A DNA stretch of 64,000 nt from Candidatus Levyibacteriota bacterium. Its GTDB lineage: Bacteria > Patescibacteriota > Microgenomatia > Levybacterales > UBA12049. This document shows positions 55,674 to 64,000 of the stretch, piece after piece. The notes beneath the pieces are model-generated. The model saw only the letters and a program-made list of their open reading frames with translations. It was not told the DNA's origin and searched no databases. The stretch is taken from assembly GCA_016186645.1 (NCBI GenBank), contig JACPLF010000006.1, positions 124,808 through 188,807 on the forward strand. Direction: 5' to 3'. Made by a program: the position numbers and the translations under genes. Numbering within the stretch: the stretch's first letter is position 1; every line of letters begins with the position of its first letter.

Positions 55674-56894
55674 ATGGGCTATTCAAAGCAAGCATTTATT
55701 GGAATCTCGTGGATGAGTGCTTTTAGGGGGATTTCCCGAGTAATTGCCATAGGAAGAAGTGTTCTATTGGCTAGAATTCTGACTCCTGCTCAATTCGGAG
55801 TTTTTGGAATTGCCTCCATCATGCTTTCATTTCTCGAAATTCTGACAGAGACAGGAATTAATATATTCCTAATTCAGCAGAAGGAAAATATTGATAAGTT
55901 TGTCAGCTCTGCTTGGATAGTATCTATACTTCGGGGGATACTAATCTCTTTAACAATAATCATCACAGCTCCTATTGTTGTTAATTTCTTTAATATGCAG
56001 GATTTGTATAGATTTTTATATTTAATAAGCGTGGTTCCCCTAATAAGAGGTTTTATAAATCCGTCGATTGTTAAGTATCAAAAAGATCTTGAATTTAGAA
56101 AAGAATTTTGGCTTAGAATATCAGTTTATTTATTCGACTCAGCTACTTCTGTAATATTGGCGCTAATATTAACTGATGCAATAAGTTTTGTTTGGGGACT
56201 TATTGCGGGAGCTATTTTAGAGGTAATTTTGTCTTTCGTATTATTCAGTCCTTTGCCGCTTTTGAAATTTGAATTAAATTTAGTGAAACAAATAGTAAAT
56301 AAAGGGAAATGGGTAACCGCATATGGGATCTTTAATTATATTGCCCAGCAAGGAGACACTATTGCCATAGGTAAGCTACTTGGAGCTGCACCTACGGGTA
56401 TTTATCAAATGGGATATAGACTTTCAACTTTACCAATTAGTGAAGTATCAGACGTAGTTAACAGGGTTGTTTTTCCGGTTTACTCAAAAATATCAGATGA
56501 TAAACATAGATTATTGCGGGCATTTAAAAGAACTCTGGTAACAATTTCTCTTCCGGTTTCAATTTTAAGTATAGTTATATTTTTTCTTCCTAAGGAATTT
56601 TTCGATTTGTTGCTTGGTCCTAAATGGGCAGAGGTGACTTCGGTAATAAAGATACTGGTAATTTATGGAATGTTTAGGGCAATTTCAGGAGTTTCTTCCT
56701 CGCTCTTTTTGTCCCTTGGAAAACAAAACTTCGTGGCTGGAATGACTTTTATCAGATTTTTCGTTCTTGCCGCAACTATTGTTCCATTAACAAGTACCTA
56801 TGGAATAATAGGCTCCAGCTTATCAGCATTGCTGTCAGTACTCCTTGAACTTCCTCTTATTGGTTACTTTATTTTGAAAATATTTAAATCATGA
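55674..56894 (+). CDS. wzx: Wzx-type oligosaccharide flippase
   Basis: LARILTPAQFGVF, IGKLLG...GIYQMGYRL, VVFPVYSK, LLGPKW. Confidence 0.88.
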   Translation: MGYSKQAFIGISWMSAFRGISRVIAIGRSVLLARILTPAQFGVFGIASIMLSFLEILTETGINIFLIQQKENIDKFVSSAWIVSILRGILISLTIIITAPIVVNFFNMQDLYRFLYLISVVPLIRGFINPSIVKYQKDLEFRKEFWLRISVYLFDSATSVILALILTDAISFVWGLIAGAILEVILSFVLFSPLPLLKFELNLVKQIVNKGKWVTAYGIFNYIAQQGDTIAIGKLLGAAPTGIYQMGYRLSTLPISEVSDVVNRVVFPVYSKISDDKHRLLRAFKRTLVTISLPVSILSIVIFFLPKEFFDLLLGPKWAEVTSVIKILVIYGMFRAISGVSSSLFLSLGKQNFVAGMTFIRFFVLAATIVPLTSTYGIIGSSLSALLSVLLELPLIGYFILKIFKS

Positions 56895-57985
56895 AAATTG
56901 CGATATTCCACGAACTAGATTTTGGCGGGGCTAGGCGTACAGTTGAAGAGTTCGCGAAAAGATTAAATAAAATTTTGGACGTAGATTTATATTATGTCGA
57001 TAATAAAGAGGACAAAAATGCAAAAAAAATTTCAAGAAGAGATTTTTTCTATCCATTTTATCCAAAAACTTGGAAAGGGAATAATTGGAAGACGAGGTTA
57101 TATAAAGACACATTAGAGCTTTATAGACTTTATAATCTGCATAAGAAGATTGCTAAAGATATCGAATCAAAAGAATATGATTACATCTTTGTTCATCCCT
57201 CCAAATTCACTCAAGCTCCTTTTCTACTTAGATTTCTGAAAAATAAATGCATTTATTTTTGTCAGGAACCCTTGAGGATAATTTACGACAAAAATTTATC
57301 CGATTTATCTTTTGTTAGGTTTCATAAAAAACTTTATGAGTTTATTATTCGCAAAATTAGAAAAAGAATTGATTTAAAAAATCTTAACAGCGCAAAGATG
57401 ATATTAGCTAATTCAAAGTTCTCAAAAGAATCTATAGAAAAAGCTTACGGGAAGAAAGTTGTAATATGTTATCTAGGAGTAGATACGAACCTTTTTAAAC
57501 CTCTAAACTTAAATAAAACAATAGACGTTCTTTTTATAGGCAATAAAGATAATGGATACGATTTGCTGGATAAGCTATCTAAGCATTTCAACAATTGCAT
57601 CAAGGCTCGTGCAGTATTCAGAGGAAATTCCAGAGTAAGCCACACAGATGAGGAATTAATTGAAATTTACAATAAGTCAAAAGTTTTAGTTGCTCTAAAT
57701 CGCAATGAGCCTTTTGGGTTAATTCCTCTTGAGGCAATGGCCTGCGGAGTTCCGGTTATTGCGGTAGGGGAGGGTGGATATAGCGAATCGGTTGTTAACG
57801 ATAAGACAGGATTTCTAATCCCAAGAAATCCCAGCAAGCTTTATGAAAAAATTAATGAGATTATTAGCAATGAGAAATTAAGAAAAGAAATGAGTAAAAA
57901 TGCTCGCGATCATGTTGTAAAAAACTGGTCTTGGGATAAAAGTATCAAAAATTTTTTGGAAATAATAAAATATGAAAAAAGATAA
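56891..57985 (+). CDS. Glycosyltransferase family 4
   Basis: GGARR, GVDTNLFKP, EPFGLIPLEAMACGVPVI. Confidence 0.92.
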   Translation: MKIAIFHELDFGGARRTVEEFAKRLNKILDVDLYYVDNKEDKNAKKISRRDFFYPFYPKTWKGNNWKTRLYKDTLELYRLYNLHKKIAKDIESKEYDYIFVHPSKFTQAPFLLRFLKNKCIYFCQEPLRIIYDKNLSDLSFVRFHKKLYEFIIRKIRKRIDLKNLNSAKMILANSKFSKESIEKAYGKKVVICYLGVDTNLFKPLNLNKTIDVLFIGNKDNGYDLLDKLSKHFNNCIKARAVFRGNSRVSHTDEELIEIYNKSKVLVALNRNEPFGLIPLEAMACGVPVIAVGEGGYSESVVNDKTGFLIPRNPSKLYEKINEIISNEKLRKEMSKNARDHVVKNWSWDKSIKNFLEIIKYEKR

Positions 57986-60185
57986 GGTGCAAATTTCAAT
58001 TATAATTGTTAATTATAAAGTAGAAAAAGAATTAATAGATTGCATATCATCAATTATAAATTCAAAGCCTAAAACCTCATTTGAGATAATTGTTGCGGAC
58101 AATAGCGAGAATAACGATCTCAGGTTGAAATTAAAAATTTTCCCTCAAGTAAAATATGTAAAAAGCAAAGGAAACATAGGGTTTGGAGCGGGAAATAATT
58201 TGGGAGCAAAATCTGCAAAAGGAGATGTCTTATTCTTTTTAAATCCAGATACGATTATTGAAAAAAACGCAATAGATGATTTGTTTAATTTTATAAACAA
58301 GAATTCAAAAGCAGGAATGGTTGCTCCATTACTCCTTGACCTTTCGGGAAATTCCTATCCAAATCAAGGAAGCGATCAATATGATTTTAAAAGTGCAATT
58401 GTGACGAGCTCTTTTATAAACAGACTTTTTCCTAAAAACCCGATATCCAAAAAGTTCTTTCACAAAGATTGGGTAAAAAAAGAAATTGAAGAATTTGATG
58501 TTGTTCCAGGAACAGCTTTTATGATCAAAAAAAGTATTTTTGAAAAATCCGGAATGTATGATGAAAAATTTTTCTTATATTTTGAAGAATACGATTTGGC
58601 AAATAGAATTAAAAAAGCAGGTTTTAAAAACTATATAGTCCCGCAAGCAAAAGTGATGCACATTTGGGAAGCAAGCGCTAAAAAAAGAAAGGATATAAAT
58701 AGAATTTTTTCAGAAAGCCGTAATCACTTTTTTAAAAAAAATTATGGGAGGCTATTTGCATTTATGGTTAATCTATTTTCAAATATTGGTAAATATGAGT
58801 TGCTGCTTGGATTAACAGTTGCTACCTCGGTTTATCTATGTTTCTCTAAAATAGCAGAATTAATGCCTTTCATAGGTGATCAGGGTTGGTTTTACCTTTC
58901 GGCAAGAGACATGATAGTAAATGGTCAGATTCCGTTTGTAGGTATAGCCTCAAGCCATCCTTGGCTGCATCAGGGGGCATTCTGGACATATTTGCTTGCT
59001 CCATTCCTGTGGTTGTTTAACTTTAACCCTGTTGCAGGCGCATATTTGTCTATTATTTTGGGAATTTTGTCTACAATCGGGATTTATATCCTGGGCGTAA
59101 CTCTTTTTTCAAAAAGAGCCGGGATAATAGCATCTATTCTTTATACAACTTCTCCTTTGGCTGTTTATTATATGAGATTTCCATATCATACAAGTCCAAT
59201 TCCTTTATTCATTATTATGTTAATCTTTTCTTTGTATAAAATTACCCAGAACAAAATGAGATATTTTCCGCTAACAATATTTTTATTGGCGATTCTTTAC
59301 AATTTTGAAATATCAACGGTCATCCTATGGGGAGTACTATTGAGCATATTGACATATAAATTTTTTAAACAGAGAAAAGTATTTAACAAAATATTTAACA
59401 AAAAAATTATGCTATGGTCTTTTTTGGCGCTGATCACTCCTCTATTGCCCATGATATTGTACGACGTAAGAAATGGCTTTCCTCAGACTCTCAAATTTAT
59501 GGCTTGGGTTTTGTATAAAGGAGCATCTTTATTTGGTTTTAATACTCAGCATGATTTTTCAATAAATAAAATTCTTATAATGTTTGATTTTCTTTTTGTT
59601 AATTTTAAAAAATTAATTTTTGCTCAAAATAATCTAATATCTCTATTGATTCTAGTTGTAGTAGTGAGTTGGGGCGTTTATGTTCTTTTTAAAAAGAATG
59701 ATGTTTCATATAAATTAATTCCTTTATTATTTTTTATTCCTCTGATTTTTATTGTTTTAAATCAAGTTCCTTCAGATGCATATCTTCCAACGTTCTTTCC
59801 AGTTGTAATTCTAATTTTTGCCACTTTTTTAGATTTTGTTATGAATAAGAGGGTAATGATTCTTCCAATCTTGATTTTTCTGACATTTTTAATTGCCGGC
59901 AATATTAATTTTATGTTAAAAAATGATTTTTTATTCGATAAATCAAGTAAGTTATTCACTTTAGAAAAGCGAATCCATGCAGTCCACAGAATATTGAATA
60001 TAGCGAATAATAAAGACTATAATTTGAAAGGAAGGGGTCCAGGAAGTGAGCATGAAAGTTTCACAATGAATTATGAATATCTAGCATGGCGGATGGGGCA
60101 TGCCCCCTCAAAAGAAAATGAATCAACAAAAATATATATATCCGAATCTGAACATGGGATTAAAATTGAAACAAAAAATAAATGA
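57972..60185 (+). CDS. GT2 (rhamnosyltransferase-like) fused to a GT-C/PMT-like membrane domain
   Basis: IIIVNYK, NIGFGAGNN.G, FLNPD, YFEEYD; then FIGDQG and many TMs. Confidence 0.82.
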   Translation: MKKDKVQISIIIVNYKVEKELIDCISSIINSKPKTSFEIIVADNSENNDLRLKLKIFPQVKYVKSKGNIGFGAGNNLGAKSAKGDVLFFLNPDTIIEKNAIDDLFNFINKNSKAGMVAPLLLDLSGNSYPNQGSDQYDFKSAIVTSSFINRLFPKNPISKKFFHKDWVKKEIEEFDVVPGTAFMIKKSIFEKSGMYDEKFFLYFEEYDLANRIKKAGFKNYIVPQAKVMHIWEASAKKRKDINRIFSESRNHFFKKNYGRLFAFMVNLFSNIGKYELLLGLTVATSVYLCFSKIAELMPFIGDQGWFYLSARDMIVNGQIPFVGIASSHPWLHQGAFWTYLLAPFLWLFNFNPVAGAYLSIILGILSTIGIYILGVTLFSKRAGIIASILYTTSPLAVYYMRFPYHTSPIPLFIIMLIFSLYKITQNKMRYFPLTIFLLAILYNFEISTVILWGVLLSILTYKFFKQRKVFNKIFNKKIMLWSFLALITPLLPMILYDVRNGFPQTLKFMAWVLYKGASLFGFNTQHDFSINKILIMFDFLFVNFKKLIFAQNNLISLLILVVVVSWGVYVLFKKNDVSYKLIPLLFFIPLIFIVLNQVPSDAYLPTFFPVVILIFATFLDFVMNKRVMILPILIFLTFLIAGNINFMLKNDFLFDKSSKLFTLEKRIHAVHRILNIANNKDYNLKGRGPGSEHESFTMNYEYLAWRMGHAPSKENESTKIYISESEHGIKIETKNK

Positions 60186-60934
60186 TTAGTGTTGTAATTT
60201 TAACAAAAAACGAAGAACGAAATATAAAAAAATGTTTGGAGTCTGTCAAATGGTGCGATGAAATAATCATTGTTGACGATAATTCCTCTGATAGAACGCC
60301 GGAAATAGCTAAGAGATACAAAATTTCATTATTTTCAAATCCTCTTAATGGAGATTTCTCGAGTGCACGTAATTTAGGTTTATCGAAGGCAAAAAATGAG
60401 TGGGTGCTTTTTGTTGATAGTGATGAGGTTGTTTCAGACGCATTAGCCTATGAGATATCAAATGCGATTGGGCTAAAAGATCAAAATTTGAGAAATTTCA
60501 ATGGATTTTATATAAGAAGGTCTGATTTTATATGGGGAAAGCAGCTTAAGTATGGAGAAACAGGATATATAAAGCTATTGAGACTTGGAAGAAAAGGTTT
60601 TGGGCAGTGGCAAGGAAAAGCTCACGAACGATGGGAAATAGAAAGACCTGTTGGGAAATTAGTAAATCCTTTATTTCATTTTCCTCACGATACTTTGGAA
60701 GAATTTCTTAGAGAAATTAATTTCTATACGGATATTAGAGCAGGAGAATTGAAAGATAACAACAAAAGAATATTTTTTTGGGATATACTTTTTTATCCGT
60801 TAGGAAAATTTGTAGTTAACTATATTTTCAAAAGAGGGTTTATGGATGGGATACAAGGGCTGGTTTTTGCAATATCTATGTCTTTCCACTCGTTTCTGGT
60901 AAGAGGAAAATTATGGCTGCAAAAGGAAAAATAA
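60182..60934 (+). CDS. Glycosyltransferase family 2 (WaaE/KdtX-like)
   Basis: LTKNEE.NI..CL, WVLFVDSDE, AHE, RGFMDG. Confidence 0.88.
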   Translation: MISVVILTKNEERNIKKCLESVKWCDEIIIVDDNSSDRTPEIAKRYKISLFSNPLNGDFSSARNLGLSKAKNEWVLFVDSDEVVSDALAYEISNAIGLKDQNLRNFNGFYIRRSDFIWGKQLKYGETGYIKLLRLGRKGFGQWQGKAHERWEIERPVGKLVNPLFHFPHDTLEEFLREINFYTDIRAGELKDNNKRIFFWDILFYPLGKFVVNYIFKRGFMDGIQGLVFAISMSFHSFLVRGKLWLQKEK

Positions 60935-62439
60935 TTAAATTCCTAATAGTTTTTTTAGTTTTTTCGTTAGCTATTTTTCTTAGGCTCTGGAATCTTAATC
61001 AAATGGGTAGAACTTGGGATGAGCCTTTCTATGTGGATCAGGGTTACAAAATAGTAGATGCGATAAAGAAAGGAAACTTTGATAACAAAATATTATATAC
61101 AGATCCCGATCCCCCAGTGTTCTCTAAATACCTTTACGGTTTGGCAGAGCATTTAAATATAGGAAAAGCTGCTCCCTGCGGCGGTGAATTCTGTTATTAT
61201 GATTTTACTTCGAGCAGATTAATCTCGGTGTTATTTTCCTCTTTAACTGTTTTATTGGTGATTCTGATAGGATGGCAATATGTATCTTTTTTTGTAGGTG
61301 TTACTGCCGGAGTTGTTTTTGCAACACTTCCAATTTCCCTTGGTTTGTCTCAGCTTGTGACTGTTGAAAGTATTCTTGCTTTCTTTTTTACTGCTTGTAC
61401 CTACTCATTCCTGCGCTTATTGAAAACTTTTTCTATTAAAAATGTGGTAATCTGTGGTATTTTGTTGGGTTTGGCTATTGCTACTAAATACACAAATATT
61501 ATGTTAGTTCCTCTTTTTATTTTAATTTATGTAGTGTGGAGCAGGTTTAATAAGAAAATAAAAAATAAAAAAACTTTAGCAAAGAAGCTAATTTTTATTA
61601 TCTTGGTAGCATTTGCGACCCTGTTTTTTATTTGGCCGTTTCCCTGGTTTCATATGGATTATGTTTGGAAGTGGGAGCAGGCTACCCGCTTCTCAGAAGT
61701 TGCAAGTCATCCGGTTCCCGAAGTTTTCTTCGGGCGCCTTATGCCGGTTCCTATTTTTTACTATTTTGTTTATTTCCTTATAACCACCCCATTCTTAATT
61801 TTAGTATTGTTTCTTGCAGGTCTTAAAAATATTTCAGAAAAGAAAAAGTGGATACTATATGTTATTGTGATTTGGTTTCTGCTGCCTTTCTTGCAGTCGT
61901 TTCTAAATATGAGACAGCATGGAGTGCGCTACGTAATACAAATTTATGTACCATTATCTCTAATTTCGGCAATTGGATTTAATTTTTTGTTAGAAAAATT
62001 TAAAAGTCTAAAGTATAAGTACTTATTTTTAATTGCAGTAGCAATTTATATGTTTATTATTTTGAAAAATATAACCCCTTATTATTTGGATTACTTTAAC
62101 ATTGTAGTTGGAGGAGCTAAGGGAGTTTATGAAAGTAGATCTTTTCAGATGGGTTGGTGGGGACAAGGCATTAGAGAGGCGGCCGGTTATATTGTTAAAA
62201 ATGCAGAAAAGGGAGCAAATGTTGGAATTGCCATCTCTCCATCGACAGTCATGCCGGAACTAAAAAATTACAATGTAAATAAATATGAAGAAAATAAAGA
62301 ATATGATTACGTTATTGTTAATTACTACAATATTATAAGGGAAGGTTTCAATGACTCTAAGATAAAAGAGAGATATGTTCCTGTTTATACAGTTTGGGCA
62401 GATGGAGCACCTCTTGTAGTTGTATATAAGCACAAATGA
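60913..62439 (+). CDS. GT-C (ArnT/PMT-like) glycosyltransferase
   Basis: LRLWNL....TWDE, PPVFSK, GLAIATKY, VRY. Confidence 0.8.
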   Translation: MAAKGKIIKFLIVFLVFSLAIFLRLWNLNQMGRTWDEPFYVDQGYKIVDAIKKGNFDNKILYTDPDPPVFSKYLYGLAEHLNIGKAAPCGGEFCYYDFTSSRLISVLFSSLTVLLVILIGWQYVSFFVGVTAGVVFATLPISLGLSQLVTVESILAFFFTACTYSFLRLLKTFSIKNVVICGILLGLAIATKYTNIMLVPLFILIYVVWSRFNKKIKNKKTLAKKLIFIILVAFATLFFIWPFPWFHMDYVWKWEQATRFSEVASHPVPEVFFGRLMPVPIFYYFVYFLITTPFLILVLFLAGLKNISEKKKWILYVIVIWFLLPFLQSFLNMRQHGVRYVIQIYVPLSLISAIGFNFLLEKFKSLKYKYLFLIAVAIYMFIILKNITPYYLDYFNIVVGGAKGVYESRSFQMGWWGQGIREAAGYIVKNAEKGANVGIAISPSTVMPELKNYNVNKYEENKEYDYVIVNYYNIIREGFNDSKIKERYVPVYTVWADGAPLVVVYKHK

Positions 62440-63656
62440 ACACAAAATCTATAAAGAAGTGTCGCTCCTGTTTCTCTGGAAAATTGATAAATATACTCTC
62501 TCTGGGAGAGCAATATTTATCTGATTTCTCCGAAGGAAAGCTCATGCCTAGCAAGTCACCTCTGGATTTGATGCTTTGTCGCAATTGCAATTTGGTTCAG
62601 CTCAAGCATACGGTTTACCCGAGTCTTTTATATACAGAACGTTATGGATATAAGTCCGGAATAAATAATACAATGAAAGAAGAATTACAAAAAATCGTAA
62701 TTAGCGTACTGAAAAAGATCAATAACAATGAAGAAATTACAGCGCTTGATATTGGAGCAAATGATGGAACTTTATTAAGCTATTATCCTAAAAACGTTTT
62801 TAAAATTGCATTTGAGCCTATTGAGAAATTTGCCAAAGAAAGCAAAATGCACGCAAATGTTGTTATTAATGACTTTTTTGATTCTAATATATATATGCAT
62901 AAATTGAAAAGGCAAAAAGCAAATATAATAACTGCTATTTCTTGCTTTTACGACATAGATAAACCTAACGATTTTATAGAAGGTATTAAAAAAATACTAC
63001 AAAAGGATGGTGTATTTGTAATTCAGCAGAACTATTTGGTTGGAATGATAATAAATAATGCTTTTGATAATATTGTACACGAGCATCTGGAATATTATTC
63101 GATTTTATCATTGGAAAATTTACTATCGCGTCATGGATTGGAAATTTTCCACGTCGAAGAGAGCTCGATAAATGGGGGAAGTTTTATAACGTTCGTCGCT
63201 CATAAAAATTCTAGATCGATTCAGGAGTCTGTTTTTAGATGGAGAGAAAATGAAAAGGCTCTAAAACTTGATAGAGTCAAAATTTATAAAGATTTTGCAA
63301 GAAGAGTTAATAAAAATAAAAAAGACCTTTACTTACTTATAGAGAAACTAGACAAAGAAGGTAAAAATGTATATGTTTATGGGGCTTCTACAAGAGGAAA
63401 TACTCTATTGCAGTTTTATCAATTGAATAACAGCCTCATTAAGGCTGCTGTGGAGCGAAATCCTGAAAAATGGGGTAAGAATATATCATCTGTAGGCATT
63501 CCAATTATTTCAGAAGAACAGGCAAGAAAACAAAAGCCCGACTACATGTTGGTTTTGCCTTGGTTTTTTAAAGAAGAATTTCTAGAAAGAGAAAAAAGAT
63601 ATCTTGAAAGCGGAGGACATTTTATTTTTCCTTTACCCAAAATAGAGATAATTTAA
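62436..63656 (+). CDS. NDP-sugar C-methyltransferase-like protein
   Basis: CRSC..CRNCNLVQL zinc site, DIGANDGTLL, FDNIVHEHLEYY, GGS, YGASTRGNTLL, PDYMLVLPW. Confidence 0.87.
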   Translation: MNTKSIKKCRSCFSGKLINILSLGEQYLSDFSEGKLMPSKSPLDLMLCRNCNLVQLKHTVYPSLLYTERYGYKSGINNTMKEELQKIVISVLKKINNNEEITALDIGANDGTLLSYYPKNVFKIAFEPIEKFAKESKMHANVVINDFFDSNIYMHKLKRQKANIITAISCFYDIDKPNDFIEGIKKILQKDGVFVIQQNYLVGMIINNAFDNIVHEHLEYYSILSLENLLSRHGLEIFHVEESSINGGSFITFVAHKNSRSIQESVFRWRENEKALKLDRVKIYKDFARRVNKNKKDLYLLIEKLDKEGKNVYVYGASTRGNTLLQFYQLNNSLIKAAVERNPEKWGKNISSVGIPIISEEQARKQKPDYMLVLPWFFKEEFLEREKRYLESGGHFIFPLPKIEII

Positions 63657-63660
63657 TATT

Positions 63661-63999
63661 TTATTTTTTCTCCAAGACAAAAAAATAACTCATTCCCAAT
63701 ACGGCTTTTGAGAGTTTGATAATTTTAAAATCTTTAAATAATTTTTGTAACTCGTATTTTTTGAAGTTTTTGTGAAAGGGTTCTCCCCGAGGACAAGTGC
63801 TAGAAAGAAATCTTAGGAGCCAGATGGGAGATATGGCTGGTACACTGCCAATAAGAATTCCGCCTTTTTTTAGAACTCTTAATAATTCCGTGACTGTAGG
63901 TTTTGGATCCGGTTGATGTTCAATAACTTCTGTTGAGAATATTGTAGAAAACGTTTCTTTTTTGAATGGAAGTTTTTCTATGTCTGCTAGAATAACTTT
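63661..63999 (-). CDS. Class I SAM methyltransferase, 3' part (runs off the window)
   Basis: Reverse frame reads ADIEKLPFKKETFSTIFSTEVIEH...RVLKKGG; stop at 63661-63663. Confidence 0.85.
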   Translation of the reverse strand, partial: KVILADIEKLPFKKETFSTIFSTEVIEHQPDPKPTVTELLRVLKKGGILIGSVPAISPIWLLRFLSSTCPRGEPFHKNFKKYELQKLFKDFKIIKLSKAVLGMSYFFVLEKK

Positions 64000-64000
64000 G

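Noticed and set aside
71-62590. Numerous 60-140 aa antisense or nested ORFs in the track
   Set aside because: They are shadows of well-supported genes and carry no recognisable motifs

Overview
AT-rich bacterial chromosome segment. Gene content (eukaryote-type GlyRS, DUF4012 protein, reduced dcw cluster, many GT-C glycosyltransferases) suggests Patescibacteria/CPR, probably Microgenomates (inference). In order it holds: a small sugar-transfer locus, recO, glyS, the dcw cluster (mraZ rsmH ftsL ftsI murE murC murA, then glmU-N/GNAT/HAD/glmS, then mraY ftsW murG ftsQ-like ftsA ... ftsZ), ileS, rodA, rplU-rpmA, parB, lepB, a GIY-YIG gene with tRNA-Val(CAC), and a 16-kb surface-glycosylation locus. 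The most striking hidden structure is that accessory genes behind ftsZ, ftsA and recO sit in cassettes separated by extra copies of the last 7-10 codons of the core gene. The ftsZ copies differ almost only at synonymous positions, which suggests serial insertion that replaces the 3' end of a core gene, with no integrase visible here. Other highlights: a giant MoxR-like AAA plus transglutaminase-vWA pair as cargo, a possible eukaryote-like UDP-GlcNAc route, a GIY-YIG gene between a broken tRNA 5' half and an intact tRNA, and many 7-mer arrays and palindromes inserted in frame in essential genes. All calls come from motif recognition by eye; no database searches were run.
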